From a virus (lineage: Duplodnaviria > Caudoviricetes): a DNA stretch of 51,421 nt. The translations under genes and the position numbers were made by a program. The stretch is taken from positions 1 through 51,421 of IMG/VR virus record IMGVR_UViG_3300042994_000002. One strand, given 5' to 3'. How positions within the stretch are numbered: the stretch's first letter is position 1; each line of letters starts with the position of its first letter. Below the pieces are notes generated by a model that saw only the letters and a program-made list of their open reading frames with translations, was not told where the DNA came from and did no database searches. Below, in pieces: positions 16,951 to 27,248 of this stretch.

Positions 16951-17138
16951 AGCGCTACAGCATGGTCTATAAGCTGCCATCAGGCTCATACGACCGTTTC
17001 GAAGGAACGGCCGATGAATGCCGCAATGAGCTTCAGAAGCTCGGAGTTGTATCGGAAGAGGTGCATTCTTGGCTTTGGTTGTCGTGGGACCAGCATGCTC
17101 AAGCTGCGCCTGATATCGACATCGAGGAACTTCCGTAG
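16947..17138 (+). CDS. Small hypothetical protein
   Basis: GTGA overlap with the upstream stop. Confidence 0.5.
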   Translation: MKRYSMVYKLPSGSYDRFEGTADECRNELQKLGVVSEEVHSWLWLSWDQHAQAAPDIDIEELP

Positions 17139-17203
17139 GCATCGGCGAACAATTAAGCACGCGTGCCAGATTTAAAGCTACCTCCCGAGGAGACCGCTGA
17201 AGA

Positions 17204-17231
17204 GCCCGCTTCCGGAAACGGAGGCGGGTTT
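17204..17231. terminator. Hairpin terminator between convergent genes
   Basis: GCCCGCTTCCG-GAAA-CGGAGGCGGGT followed by TTAATCTTT. Confidence 0.7.
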
Positions 17232-18069
17232 AATCTTTCTGAAGTTGAGCATCGAGCTGAGCCAGCCAGCGGATATGACCGGCGGCTTGGTTAATACAGT
17301 AGATGGCGAGTTCAAGCGGTGGTTGCGCGGGCTCTTCGGTGCCGGGCTCGTGTCGGTAGAAATGAGCAGCGTCGATCCAATCCCGCAATGATGCCACCAT
17401 CTTCTGAGCAAACCGGTTTGCGATGACGTCCTCGGTGTGGAGGCGGTTGACAGCAGGTTCTAGATGTTTCTGCACTTCGGCCCCGTCGAGCTTCGCAGCC
17501 TTTTCGAACATCAGCCGGAACAGCCCCTCCGTTGCGAAGAAAACGTGACGGATGGCGGATTTGCCATTCGGAGGGGCGTGATCGAGCTCTTTGAACGCCT
17601 TCTCGAAGAGTTCTCGAACTGAGGTATAACGAGCGCCAGACAACGCCCGTATTGTAGCGATCCGATTAACTTCGAAAAGCTCATCAACCGTGAAGTGAAC
17701 GCTGCCATCATCATCGATCCGGTATCGCACCTGTTCTTCGGATAGAATACGCCGACAGATCGCGATGAACACACCCCTTCGTCTAGCCTGATCATCCTCG
17801 TGTTTCTCCCTAATGGTGTTGTGGATGATCGTTATGGTGTCGAGCACGTCGCGCAGGTCGATCCGCTCAAGCACCCTGACCCAGTCTCCTTCATCGGTGA
17901 GGTACCCGATCTTAACGCCAAGTTCACGCTGCAGTCGGGCGGCACGATCTGCCGAATCCCCCAGCGAGAATATTGGCCCAGCTAGTCTCATCCGCATCCG
18001 CGGGCTGTCGGGGAGCAGTTCAAGGGACCTGAGATAGTTGTGAGAAAACCGAGTGCCATTGCCGCTCAT
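17230..18069 (-). CDS. Antisense moron; AbiJ-like / HEPN-like protein (candidate anti-phage)
   Basis: 279 aa from ATG 18069 with AAGGGG RBS; RFSHNY N-terminus; C-terminal helical domain with FYRHEPG. Confidence 0.6.
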   Translation of the reverse strand: MSGNGTRFSHNYLRSLELLPDSPRMRMRLAGPIFSLGDSADRAARLQRELGVKIGYLTDEGDWVRVLERIDLRDVLDTITIIHNTIREKHEDDQARRRGVFIAICRRILSEEQVRYRIDDDGSVHFTVDELFEVNRIATIRALSGARYTSVRELFEKAFKELDHAPPNGKSAIRHVFFATEGLFRLMFEKAAKLDGAEVQKHLEPAVNRLHTEDVIANRFAQKMVASLRDWIDAAHFYRHEPGTEEPAQPPLELAIYCINQAAGHIRWLAQLDAQLQKD

Positions 18070-18118
18070 CTGCCGCCCCTTTTGAAAAAGAATCAAACGC
18101 TGCATCAGGAAATCAAAC

Positions 18119-18472
18119 ATGTCGAGAGGCGGCAGAAGGGAAGGCGCAGGCCGTAGGGCAGGTGTCCCCAACAAAGCTTCACAGGAGCGGCAGAAGAAGG
18201 TCGCGGAGAGCGGGATCACGCCGCTGGATTACATGCTGAAGGTCATGCGCGACAGTAAAGCAGACGCCTCTCGCCGGGATGAGATGGCCAAGGCCGCAGC
18301 ACCTTACGTGCACCCGAAGCTTGCCAGCACCCAGCACACCGGCCCAGGCGGCGGCCCGATTCAGACAATGGACATCACCAAGTTGAGCGACGATGACCTT
18401 GATAAGCTCGAAGCTATCCTCGGCCCGCTTGCCATCGCTGGCGGAGATCAGGGCGGAGAGGGAACGGCGTAG
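18119..18472 (+). CDS. terS: Terminase small subunit
   Basis: RGGRREGAGR, TPLDYML, AKAAAPYVHPKL; upstream of terL. Confidence 0.85.
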   Translation: MSRGGRREGAGRRAGVPNKASQERQKKVAESGITPLDYMLKVMRDSKADASRRDEMAKAAAPYVHPKLASTQHTGPGGGPIQTMDITKLSDDDLDKLEAILGPLAIAGGDQGGEGTA

Positions 18473-19922
18473 GATCATCGCTGACCGCCAGCAGCTCGCG
18501 CAGAACGCCGAGCGCATCCGGGAGAGGTGCAAGACCCTCGCCGGGTTCGTCCGCGAAGCATGGCACGTGGTGGAGCCCAGCTCGCCCTATGTGCATGGCT
18601 GGCACCTCGACGCGATCAGCGAGCACCTCGAGGCGGTGACGGATGGCCGGATCAACCGGCTCCTGATCAACGTGCCGCCCGGCACCATGAAATCGTTGCT
18701 CACGTCGGTTCTCTGGCCGGCATGGGAATGGGGGCCGAAGGGCCGCCCGGCCACGCGCTACCTGACCACCAGTTACGCGGAGAAATACGTCAAGCGCGAC
18801 AGCCGCCGCATGCGCGACCTGGTGCAATCGGAATGGTATCGGTCGCTGTGGCCAGAGGTAGAGCTCGCCCGCGCTGGTGAGGCGTCTTTTGCCAACACGA
18901 AGACGGGCTTTCGCGAGGGCGTGCCCTTCGCCAGCCTGACCGGCGGCCGTGGCGATCGGGTGATCATCGACGATCCGCACTCGACCGAGACAGCGGAATC
19001 GGAAGCTGAGCGCCTGAACACGGCCCGCATATTTCGGGAGTCGGTGCCCACGCGCCTGAACGACCCGAAGACCTCCGCCATCATCGTGATTATGCAGCGC
19101 CTGCACGAGGATGACGTATCGGGCCAGATCATGAAGCTCGGGCTCGGGTACGAGCACCTGATGCTTCCCATGGAATTCGAGCCGGAGCGCCGGTGCAGGA
19201 CATCCATCGGGTTCGAGGATCCGCGCACCTATGACGGGGAGCTGCTGTTCCCCGATCGCTTCCCTCGCGAGGTGGTCGAGCGCGACAAGGTGCCGATGGG
19301 CTCCTATGCCGTCGCCGGCCAGTTCCAGCAGCGGCCGACGCCTCGTTCGGGCGGCATGTTCCAGCGGAACGACTTCGAGATCGTAGGCGCGGTGCCAGCG
19401 GGTGCAAGGCGGTGCAGGGCATGGGACTTTGCAGCTTCCGCGCCGAAGCAAGGCAAGCAGCCGGATTGGACCGTGGGGCTCAAGATGGCCCACCTCGACG
19501 GCGTCTTCTATGTCGAGGACGTGGTGCGCGGCCGGTGGAAGCCGGGCGAGGTAGAGACCACGCTCAAGAACACCGCCAGCCAGGACGGGACCGATGTCAT
19601 CATCCGGATGCCGCAGGACCCCGGCGCGGCCGGCAAGGCAGACGCGGCCACCAAGGTAAAGCTGCTGGCAGGCTATGCCGTCGAGGTGCAGTCCGTGACC
19701 GGCGACAAGGCCACTCGGGCAAAGCCTGCTTCCGCCCAGGCGGAGGCGGGGAACGTCAAGCTCCTCAGGGGCGACTGGAACCAAGCCTTCCTCGATGAAG
19801 TCTGCTCGTTCCCCAATGCGCAGTTCGACGACCAGGTGGATGCCTTCGCGGACGCTCTGAACGAGCTTGCGCTCAACTCGGCCCCGCGCGTGGCCATGTT
19901 CCTGACGAAACGCCATCGATAG
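18393..19922 (+). CDS. terL: Terminase large subunit
   Basis: INVPPGTMKS Walker A, IIDDP Walker B, MQRLH, WDFA and DDQVD nuclease motifs. Confidence 0.95.
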   Translation: MTLISSKLSSARLPSLAEIRAERERRRIIADRQQLAQNAERIRERCKTLAGFVREAWHVVEPSSPYVHGWHLDAISEHLEAVTDGRINRLLINVPPGTMKSLLTSVLWPAWEWGPKGRPATRYLTTSYAEKYVKRDSRRMRDLVQSEWYRSLWPEVELARAGEASFANTKTGFREGVPFASLTGGRGDRVIIDDPHSTETAESEAERLNTARIFRESVPTRLNDPKTSAIIVIMQRLHEDDVSGQIMKLGLGYEHLMLPMEFEPERRCRTSIGFEDPRTYDGELLFPDRFPREVVERDKVPMGSYAVAGQFQQRPTPRSGGMFQRNDFEIVGAVPAGARRCRAWDFAASAPKQGKQPDWTVGLKMAHLDGVFYVEDVVRGRWKPGEVETTLKNTASQDGTDVIIRMPQDPGAAGKADAATKVKLLAGYAVEVQSVTGDKATRAKPASAQAEAGNVKLLRGDWNQAFLDEVCSFPNAQFDDQVDAFADALNELALNSAPRVAMFLTKRHR

Positions 19923-19930
19923 AGGCTGAG

Positions 19931-21310
19931 ATGAACCAGGTTGTAAGGCTGACGAACTTTGTTGAGCGTCGGCTCCACTCCATGTTCCCGGGCTTCTTCC
20001 CGACCGCCAAGCACAACCATTATGTGGATTTCGGCTACCCGACCGAGCTGGACTTCAGCCAGCTTTACTCGATGTTCTGCCGGAACGGCATCGCAGCGGC
20101 CGCCATCAACAAGACGGTCCTGAAGACCTGGCAGGACAACCCCTTCCTGCTCGAAAAGGAGCGGGACGGCTCACAGAAGGGCGGGGAGAACGAAACGACG
20201 CTCGAGCGGGAGATCCGCCAGCGGTTCGACGATCTGCGCCTGTGGGCCCGCCTTGCCGAAGCTGACCGGCGCTCGCTGGTTGGGGAATATGCGGCGGTGA
20301 TCCTCCGCTTCGCCGACAGCAAGAACTTTGATCAGCCGGTGGACCGGGTTAGCGGCGGGCTTGATGGGCTGGTGGAAGTCATCCCAGTCTGGCAGGCGCA
20401 GCTCGACGTGGCAGAATGGGACACGGTGGAAAGCTCGCTGACCTATGGCCAGCCTTCCATGTTCAGCTTCAAGGAATCGGCCGTAGGCGGCACCAAAGGC
20501 AAGCAGCGGCAGTTCAACGTTCATCCCGATCGGGTGATCATCTGGTCAAGCGACGGCACCATCCATGGCCGGTCCCTGCTGGAGCCCGGCTACAACGATC
20601 TGCTGACCATTGAGAAGGTGAGCGGGGCAGGGGGCGAAGGCTTCTGGAAGAACGCCAAGGCCGCGCCGGTGCTGGAGATGGACCCGGATGCGCGCATCAC
20701 CGACATGGCGAAGGCCATGGGTGTGACTGAGTCCGAAATCGCCGACAAGATGAACGCGCAGGTGGCCGACTGGCAGAAGGGCTTTGATCAGCTCCTGATG
20801 CTGCAGGGCATACAGGCGAAGACGCTGAGCGTGACGCTCCCGTCGCCCGAGCACTTCTATGGTGTCCCGCTCCAGTCCTTTGCCGCTTCCATCAACATGC
20901 CGGTCAAAATCCTCGTCGGCATGCAGACGGGCGAGCGCGCATCGAAGGAAGACGCTGACGAGTGGGCGCAGACGAACATGTCGCGCCGCGCCAATCAAGT
21001 GGTCCCGACCATCATGGAGCTTGTTCGGCGCCTGGAGCGCGTGGGCATCCTGCCTGAGAAGGACTGGTTCCTCGATTGGCCCGATCTGACCGAGGCCTCG
21101 ATGGTCGAGAAGATCGAGCGCGCCAACAAGATGGCCGACACAAACCAGAAGATGGGCAACAGCGTCTACGTCTTCACCGATGACGAGATCCGGGCGGCAG
21201 TGGGCTTCGAGCCTCTCTCTGACGCGGACAAGTACCGGGACGACATGACCGATGATGAAGCCAATGCGGCGGCAGGGAAGCCTCCTACAGACCCCCCGGA
21301 GGATGCGTGA
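19931..21310 (+). CDS. Portal protein (DUF1073-like)
   Basis: Position after terL; HPDRV, P.KILVGMQTGERAS..D motifs. Confidence 0.88.
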   Translation: MNQVVRLTNFVERRLHSMFPGFFPTAKHNHYVDFGYPTELDFSQLYSMFCRNGIAAAAINKTVLKTWQDNPFLLEKERDGSQKGGENETTLEREIRQRFDDLRLWARLAEADRRSLVGEYAAVILRFADSKNFDQPVDRVSGGLDGLVEVIPVWQAQLDVAEWDTVESSLTYGQPSMFSFKESAVGGTKGKQRQFNVHPDRVIIWSSDGTIHGRSLLEPGYNDLLTIEKVSGAGGEGFWKNAKAAPVLEMDPDARITDMAKAMGVTESEIADKMNAQVADWQKGFDQLLMLQGIQAKTLSVTLPSPEHFYGVPLQSFAASINMPVKILVGMQTGERASKEDADEWAQTNMSRRANQVVPTIMELVRRLERVGILPEKDWFLDWPDLTEASMVEKIERANKMADTNQKMGNSVYVFTDDEIRAAVGFEPLSDADKYRDDMTDDEANAAAGKPPTDPPEDA

Positions 21311-21609
21311 TGCAGCTCACTGGCGTAACCGGTCACCGCAAGTCATGGCGTGGCAAGATAGTCGTCACTGTAGAAGTCGGTGGCTACGCGATGTGGCCGC
21401 ATGAGAGAATGGTTCGGTGGGGCACGGTCTACCGAGATGCGACATCGGAAGACATGATCATGCTTGAGCTGATCAAGCTGGACCCGTCTCTCGCAACGCA
21501 GCCTGACGCGCTTTGCCCCATGCATCGCTCGATGCTTCGCAGCCCCAGGTGCGAAAGACATGAACCTGAGGCCGCCCTACCGGACCCGCCGCTGGCCCGC
21601 AGAAAGTAA
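21307..21609 (+). CDS. Hypothetical protein between portal and protease
   Basis: GTGA overlap; YRDAT motif. Confidence 0.55.
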   Translation: MMQLTGVTGHRKSWRGKIVVTVEVGGYAMWPHERMVRWGTVYRDATSEDMIMLELIKLDPSLATQPDALCPMHRSMLRSPRCERHEPEAALPDPPLARRK

Positions 21610-21622
21610 CAAAGGAATCCCC

Positions 21623-22738
21623 ATGCCCCAGGTGCGTGTGAACGTCAGGTCACTGGCGAACGTGAAGGCTGTGCGCAAGGAAAAGCGCAACGGCCGTGAC
21701 GTGGTGATCGTCCCCTCGGCAACCCTGCCGGACAACGTCATCATGAACGGCATCCTCTATCCGCCGGAGGAGATCGAGAAGAGCTATCAGACGCTCAATC
21801 GGAAGCCGGCGCCGCTCGGTCACCCCAAGGTCAACGGCAAGTTCGTCTCCGCGTCGGACCCGGAAGGCATCAACCTCGGCTACATCGGCGCATGGAACGA
21901 GAACGTCCGGCGCGAAGGCGGCCGGGTGCTGCTCGACAAGGTGATTGACGTCGAGGTGGCCAATCGATCCGAGGGCGGCAAGGCGGTGCTGGCAGCGATT
22001 GAGGCAGGCGGCCCCGTCCACACCTCCACGGGCCTCCTGTGCACGCTGGAGGCTGCCAACGCCGACGATCACAAGCACATCGCCCGCAACATGCTGTTCG
22101 ACCATGACGCCATCCTCCTGAACGAGGAGGGCGCGGCGAAGCCTGAGCAGGGCGTGGGCATGCTCGTCAACGCCAAGGGCGAGATCGAAGAAATCACGGT
22201 CATCAACTCGTCTCTGACTGACGCTGCTGATCAAGAGATCGATTGGGCGGGCACCCGCCTCGTCGAGGCACTCAGGCGCCGCGAGAACATCGGCATCTGG
22301 GACAAAGTCAAAACCGCAATCATGGATGCCATGGGCTCCGGGCGGGTACCCTCAACAAACGCAAAGGAAGACGAGATGTCCGTCACTGACGAACAGTTCA
22401 AGTCGCTTTCCGATGAGGTCAAGGCCCTCTCGGAAGGCATGGGTAAGATCGGCGATACCGTCGCCACTGCCGTGAATGCCGCCCTGAAGCCGATCCTCGA
22501 CCAGCAGGCCGAGATCGTCGCCAACCAGAAGGCCAAGGACGAAGCCGAGACCGCCGAGCTGGTGACCAAGGTCGTGAAGGCCAACATCCTCGACGAGGAC
22601 ACCGCCAAGGCCACGCCGCTGAACACGCTGCGCAAGCTGGCGGAGAAGGCTGCACCCGGCACCGCGGCGCCGCTCCACAACGCTTACCAGCCGGGTGGCG
22701 CGTCCACGGGCTTCAAGCTTCCGAAGGGAGACAAGTAA
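21623..22738 (+). CDS. Prohead protease/scaffold (DUF2213-like)
   Basis: PAPLGHP, HTSTG, DHDAILL; coiled C-terminal scaffold. Confidence 0.85.
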   Translation: MPQVRVNVRSLANVKAVRKEKRNGRDVVIVPSATLPDNVIMNGILYPPEEIEKSYQTLNRKPAPLGHPKVNGKFVSASDPEGINLGYIGAWNENVRREGGRVLLDKVIDVEVANRSEGGKAVLAAIEAGGPVHTSTGLLCTLEAANADDHKHIARNMLFDHDAILLNEEGAAKPEQGVGMLVNAKGEIEEITVINSSLTDAADQEIDWAGTRLVEALRRRENIGIWDKVKTAIMDAMGSGRVPSTNAKEDEMSVTDEQFKSLSDEVKALSEGMGKIGDTVATAVNAALKPILDQQAEIVANQKAKDEAETAELVTKVVKANILDEDTAKATPLNTLRKLAEKAAPGTAAPLHNAYQPGGASTGFKLPKGDK

Positions 22739-22739
22739 C

Positions 22740-23186
22740 ATGGCGCGCTACAACAAGATTTATGGCGGCCCGGTCCAGGAGACCATGCCGCAGGTGCACG
22801 AGGCGATCTGCGACACCGCGGTTCTTCCCGGTACCGCCGTTGTCCGCACTGCGGGCAAGTTTGTCGCGGCTGTCGCAGCCAGTAAGGGCCGGATGTTCGT
22901 CGTTCAGGACAACTACCTGGCGCTGAAGGATGTCGACACGGCGTGGCCGGCCGGCGACCGCATCGTGGCGATGGAGATGCTGGACGAGATGCTGTTCCGG
23001 GCTCGCGTGCCCACCGGCACCAGCATCACCCAGGACGCTGCGCTGACCATCAACGCCGCCGGCAAATTCGTCCCGGCCACCACGGGCAACTTCGTGGTGG
23101 CGCACGCGAATGAGACCTACAACAACACCTCTGGTTCCGACCAGCTTGTCAGCGTCCGCGCTGCCAAGGGCTACCACTTCGCTTAA
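22740..23186 (+). CDS. Head decoration/cement protein
   Basis: Small beta-rich protein immediately before the major capsid gene. Confidence 0.75.
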   Translation: MARYNKIYGGPVQETMPQVHEAICDTAVLPGTAVVRTAGKFVAAVAASKGRMFVVQDNYLALKDVDTAWPAGDRIVAMEMLDEMLFRARVPTGTSITQDAALTINAAGKFVPATTGNFVVAHANETYNNTSGSDQLVSVRAAKGYHFA

Positions 23187-23198
23187 GGGGGAACCGAC

Positions 23199-24233
23199 AT
23201 GCGATATTTCGATGAGCAGCTCGTCGCGAACTCCCGCGACCATCAGCGCTGGTGGGGCGAAGTCACCGCCGACCGCGAGCACTTCCACCGCGTGGAAGAG
23301 CACATGGCAGGCCTGCACAATGCTTCGGCGGTCCTCCCGCGCGATGCCTGGCAGGATCTCGACGACATCACCCGCCGTGTGATGCGCACCGACGAGGGCG
23401 CCGTGTGGATGGACGATCTGATGCCGCTGGCCAAGCCGGTCAACATCGGCAAGATCGTGGTCCTCAACCGCGTTTCCGGTGACGCCGGCGCGGTCACCCG
23501 CTCGCTCTCCGGTCAGGTGCCGGTTGGGCTCGATAAGGTCGGCTATGACTACCGTGGTACGGTCGTTCCGGTCTTCTCGTCCGCTTATGGCCGCGAATGG
23601 CGTGAGTGGAACACCCTGCAGAGCGAGAACTTTGACGCTCTCGCAGACGATCAGGAAGCCATTACGGCGAAGGTCAAGCGCGACAATGCGCTCTTCGTCC
23701 TCAATGGCGACAGCTCGATCGTCTTCCAGGGTTACACCGCCTATGGCATCAAGAACTCGCCCTATTCCAAGGTGATCAACGTTGGCCCGTCCGGCGCGAA
23801 CGTCGATCTGACCACGGCGACTTGGGCGCAGCTCGATGCGTTCTTCAATGGCCCGTTCGGCGCCATGCTGGATGCCAATCTGATCGTCGGCAAGGTCAAC
23901 CTGTATGTCTCTCCCGAGATCATGCGGAACCTCGACCAGCAGATCAATCCGTCCGCAGGCTCCACCCTCGGCACCCGCCTCGAGCAGCTGCTGAAGAACC
24001 GCCGCCTCAACAAGATCGCGGTGTCGTTCGAGCTGACCGGTAACCAGTTCTTCGGCTTCGTGCCGTCGGCTGAGTACATCCGCCCCCGGATTGGCATGGC
24101 CACCAACACGACCGCCATGCCGCGCAACATGCCGACTGCGAACTATCAGTTCCTCGTCATGAACGCGATGGGCATCGAGATCCGCGCCGACATCAACGGC
24201 AAGTCCGGCGTCTTCTACTCGACCTCGACCTGA
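23199..24233 (+). CDS. Major capsid protein
   Basis: 344 aa, position, YGREWRE motif, followed by a terminator. Confidence 0.88.
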   Translation: MRYFDEQLVANSRDHQRWWGEVTADREHFHRVEEHMAGLHNASAVLPRDAWQDLDDITRRVMRTDEGAVWMDDLMPLAKPVNIGKIVVLNRVSGDAGAVTRSLSGQVPVGLDKVGYDYRGTVVPVFSSAYGREWREWNTLQSENFDALADDQEAITAKVKRDNALFVLNGDSSIVFQGYTAYGIKNSPYSKVINVGPSGANVDLTTATWAQLDAFFNGPFGAMLDANLIVGKVNLYVSPEIMRNLDQQINPSAGSTLGTRLEQLLKNRRLNKIAVSFELTGNQFFGFVPSAEYIRPRIGMATNTTAMPRNMPTANYQFLVMNAMGIEIRADINGKSGVFYSTST

Positions 24234-24267
24234 CCGGCGGCGGACCTGAGCACCAAGGCATGAGCAT

Positions 24268-24300
24268 AGGCCTCGTCATCCCGGCGGGGCCTTTCCGTTT
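24268..24300 (+). terminator. Rho-independent terminator after the capsid gene
   Basis: AGGCCTCGTC-N5-GGCGGGGCCT followed by TTCCGTTT. Confidence 0.7.
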
Positions 24301-24327
24301 CAGCATTTTCACCAAGGGACCATCCCC

Positions 24328-24786
24328 ATGAAAATCAAGTTCATCGCGCCGTACGCCGGCGCATCCAGCTCGGGCATCTTCGGCGCTGACGGCAAGGAAA
24401 TCCCGCTCGGTACCGAGGTCGAGGTCGAAAAGGAGCCGATCGATCTCCGTGGCCGCTATGAGGTCGTTTCCGGCGGCAATGACGAGGGCAAGACGGCTGT
24501 CAACAATCCGGTCGACGGTGGCCCGCTGAACAAGGCGGCTGTCACCACCGACGGCGAAAACCCGAAGCCGGGCGCCGAGAACGCGCCGCTTTCGCAGACG
24601 GACAACGGCACCGCCGGTGGATCCTCCATCCCCGTCTATGAAGCCCGCGACAAGGGTGAAGGCTGGTGGGGCATCTATGATGCCGACGGCAATCAGGTGG
24701 GCAAGTCCATCCGGAAGGATGAAGCCGCCAAGTTCAATGCCCTCTCCGACGAAGTGAAAGCCGAGTTCGTCAAGCAGGACACCTAA
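24328..24786 (+). CDS. Hypothetical head-associated protein
   Basis: Position after MCP; KGEGWWGI motif. Confidence 0.7.
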   Translation: MKIKFIAPYAGASSSGIFGADGKEIPLGTEVEVEKEPIDLRGRYEVVSGGNDEGKTAVNNPVDGGPLNKAAVTTDGENPKPGAENAPLSQTDNGTAGGSSIPVYEARDKGEGWWGIYDADGNQVGKSIRKDEAAKFNALSDEVKAEFVKQDT

Positions 24787-24821
24787 CGCCTCCGCCCACC
24801 AGATCAGCCAAGGAATTGAAA

Positions 24822-27152
24822 ATGGCCCTGTACTCTCGCTTCATAGCTGCCCTGGTGGGCGCTGGCATCGTCGCAACCGCTCCCTCGGGCGGCGGAACGA
24901 CGCTTGCAATCAGTGGCGTCCCTGGGGGCGCTACAGTCGGTACGCCTTATAGCTTCACGCCTGTTGTCACAGGCGGCAGCGGCACCAAGAGCTTCACCTT
25001 GGTTGGCTCGCTTCCAGCTGGCCTTTCCTTTAGCTCCTCGACGGGCGCGATTACTGGCACCCCCACGACTTCCGGCACATCATCGCCCTTCGATATCATC
25101 GTGTCCGATGCCAGCGGCTCGAAGACCCTTTCCGGACGCGTTATCACCGTCGCGGCCGCCCCCGAGGTGCCGGTCATGGTTGCCCGCAATGCCGTCGTGA
25201 TGACGGGGCCAGGCCACAGTAATGCCGCGCTGCTGACCGGGGACGGCACCGAGAAGACGTATCAGATCGATTTCCAGAACGTTTCTGGCGCGCCGATGAC
25301 CATGGCCAGCCTGGTAACGATCGGCTGGCAGGTCCAGGCAGACGGCGGCGGCGCGCAGAAGCTGAGCGTGGGAAACGACATCACCATCACCTCCGCCACC
25401 ATCGAATATCCCATCGGCGGCGGATCGCCTGCCAGCATGGATGTCGGCACGACGGTCAACGGGGGCATCCGCTCCGGCAATGGCGTGGCGCTGACGAACG
25501 CAGTTCCGCACGGCGCTACGGCCCGGCTGATCCTGAAGGCGACGCCGCCCAACGGTCAGAAGTACAGCGCGAACTTCGGTTTGGCCGGCATTCGCACCCA
25601 TGCCATGAGCAACACGCTGAGCCCCTGCGGCCTCGGCACCAGCGACAGCATTGCGACCAACGACGGCAGCTACTGCATCAGCGCCGCCAACGACAATTAC
25701 CCGTGGGTGCACTTCGGAGTTATCGGCAACAAGCTGCAGCGCGCTGCGGCGATGGCAACCGATTACGCCAATCTGGCTGCAGCTCTCAATGCCACGTACT
25801 TCTGCCTGTTCGGCACCAATGACGTGGGCTCCCGCACGCTGGCGCAGATGCAGGGCGATATCGGTACGCTCTCGGCAGCAATGTCCGCGCTGGCCGTGCC
25901 GATGTACTGCCACACGCTCCCGCCGAACGTCACGTCGACGAACGGGACCTATGCGCCCGGCGATCAGACCGTCAGCGCAGCAGAAGCCAACCGGATCGCC
26001 TATAACGACTGGATCCGCACCCAGCCGAGCGGCAACAAAGTGTTCGAGCTGGCGGATACGCTGGAAACCTCGCGCAACTCCGGTTTCTGGAAGTACGGTT
26101 CGGCCGACAACTACCACCTGACCGACAACGAGAATGTCACGGTCTCGGCCGTCACGTCTCAGACCCAGATCGCTTGCTCTGGGATGACGACCCCTTCGGC
26201 CGCGGCTGCATCGGCGGTTCTTCTCGCGACCAGCGGGGCGAATGCCGGGACCACCCGCAGCATCAGCAGTATCTCGGGCACCACGATCTTCCTGGCGTCC
26301 GCGTTCCCAAACACTGTGGCAATCGGCGACACCTTCACGGTCAAGCCTGTCACGAACAAGGCCACGACGGACGGCCTGCACCTGACTGCGCCTTACCCGA
26401 ACGGGTTGCAGTTCGGCGGCTTCTTCATCGCTCGCGATGCCATCCGCTCGCTCATGCTGTCCATCTTGGCAGCGGCGAACAAGGCTCCTCACGTCAAGTG
26501 GGGCGCCATCGATGTCACGGGCGCGAACGGTGCGACGGCGGCGGCCAATGTCAATTATCCGCCCAACATCCAGGTCGATGACCGGGCGTTCATTGTCGTC
26601 GCTTCGTCGAACCAGCCGATCGCCGCTCCTACCGGCTGGACCGAGCGTGCATCGGTCGGATCAGGGACGGCCGGCGCGGCGGGTGCCGTCCGGTGCCAGG
26701 TGTTCGAGAAGGATACCCCGTATGCGGTAGGCGATGCGGTCCCGTCCATCGACGGCACCGGCACCAACCACATCGTCTACAAGATGTTCTCTGTCCGAGG
26801 GGCAAAGAAGGCGGGATCGAGTGTGGCGCAGGTGGCGACAGCCATCGACAGCGCTGCAAGCCTTTCCGGCAGCTTCCCGGCCGTCACCACCACGCAGGAC
26901 GGGTGCCTGATCCTGAACATCCTGGCGGACGAGTACGACAATGCCGGAGCCCGCCTGAGTGGTGAGAGCAACCCGAACTTGCTGTTCCTCACCGAGCGTC
27001 TCGACCTCGGCAACGTCACGGGCAACGGTTCTGGGTTGGGCGTCTACTCAGGGATGCTCCCAGCCGCAGGATCGAGCGGCCAGACGGCATTCACGCACAC
27101 GCAGACCACAGACAAGGCGCTGGTGACGATGGCCATCAGGCGCGACCTGTAA
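24822..27152 (+). CDS. Putative head fibre: He_PIG Ig-like domain + SGNH/GDSL esterase + beta-rich C-terminal domain
   Basis: GSLPAGLSFSSSTGAITGTPT (He_PIG); SGNH blocks TSDSI, GVIGN, FGTND, DGLH. Confidence 0.8.
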   Translation: MALYSRFIAALVGAGIVATAPSGGGTTLAISGVPGGATVGTPYSFTPVVTGGSGTKSFTLVGSLPAGLSFSSSTGAITGTPTTSGTSSPFDIIVSDASGSKTLSGRVITVAAAPEVPVMVARNAVVMTGPGHSNAALLTGDGTEKTYQIDFQNVSGAPMTMASLVTIGWQVQADGGGAQKLSVGNDITITSATIEYPIGGGSPASMDVGTTVNGGIRSGNGVALTNAVPHGATARLILKATPPNGQKYSANFGLAGIRTHAMSNTLSPCGLGTSDSIATNDGSYCISAANDNYPWVHFGVIGNKLQRAAAMATDYANLAAALNATYFCLFGTNDVGSRTLAQMQGDIGTLSAAMSALAVPMYCHTLPPNVTSTNGTYAPGDQTVSAAEANRIAYNDWIRTQPSGNKVFELADTLETSRNSGFWKYGSADNYHLTDNENVTVSAVTSQTQIACSGMTTPSAAAASAVLLATSGANAGTTRSISSISGTTIFLASAFPNTVAIGDTFTVKPVTNKATTDGLHLTAPYPNGLQFGGFFIARDAIRSLMLSILAAANKAPHVKWGAIDVTGANGATAAANVNYPPNIQVDDRAFIVVASSNQPIAAPTGWTERASVGSGTAGAAGAVRCQVFEKDTPYAVGDAVPSIDGTGTNHIVYKMFSVRGAKKAGSSVAQVATAIDSAASLSGSFPAVTTTQDGCLILNILADEYDNAGARLSGESNPNLLFLTERLDLGNVTGNGSGLGVYSGMLPAAGSSGQTAFTHTQTTDKALVTMAIRRDL

Positions 27153-27248
27153 GGACGTGACGAACATGGATGCAATGCGTGCGCTCGCTCCTGAATGGGC
27201 GGGCGCGCTTACCCGTCCGATGGAGCCAACATCAACTGGAGGCGCAAC

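Noticed and set aside
18414-19916. 500-aa minus-strand ORF
   Set aside because: Antisense shadow of terL caused by GC-rich codon bias; no recognisable motifs.
19931-21310. Anti-CBASS (Acb1) interpretation of the DUF1073-like gene
   Set aside because: Size and position after terL indicate the portal; no 2H phosphoesterase motifs noticed.
25080-26492. 470-aa minus-strand ORF
   Set aside because: Shadow of the SGNH head-fibre gene; Arg/Gly-rich non-protein-like composition.
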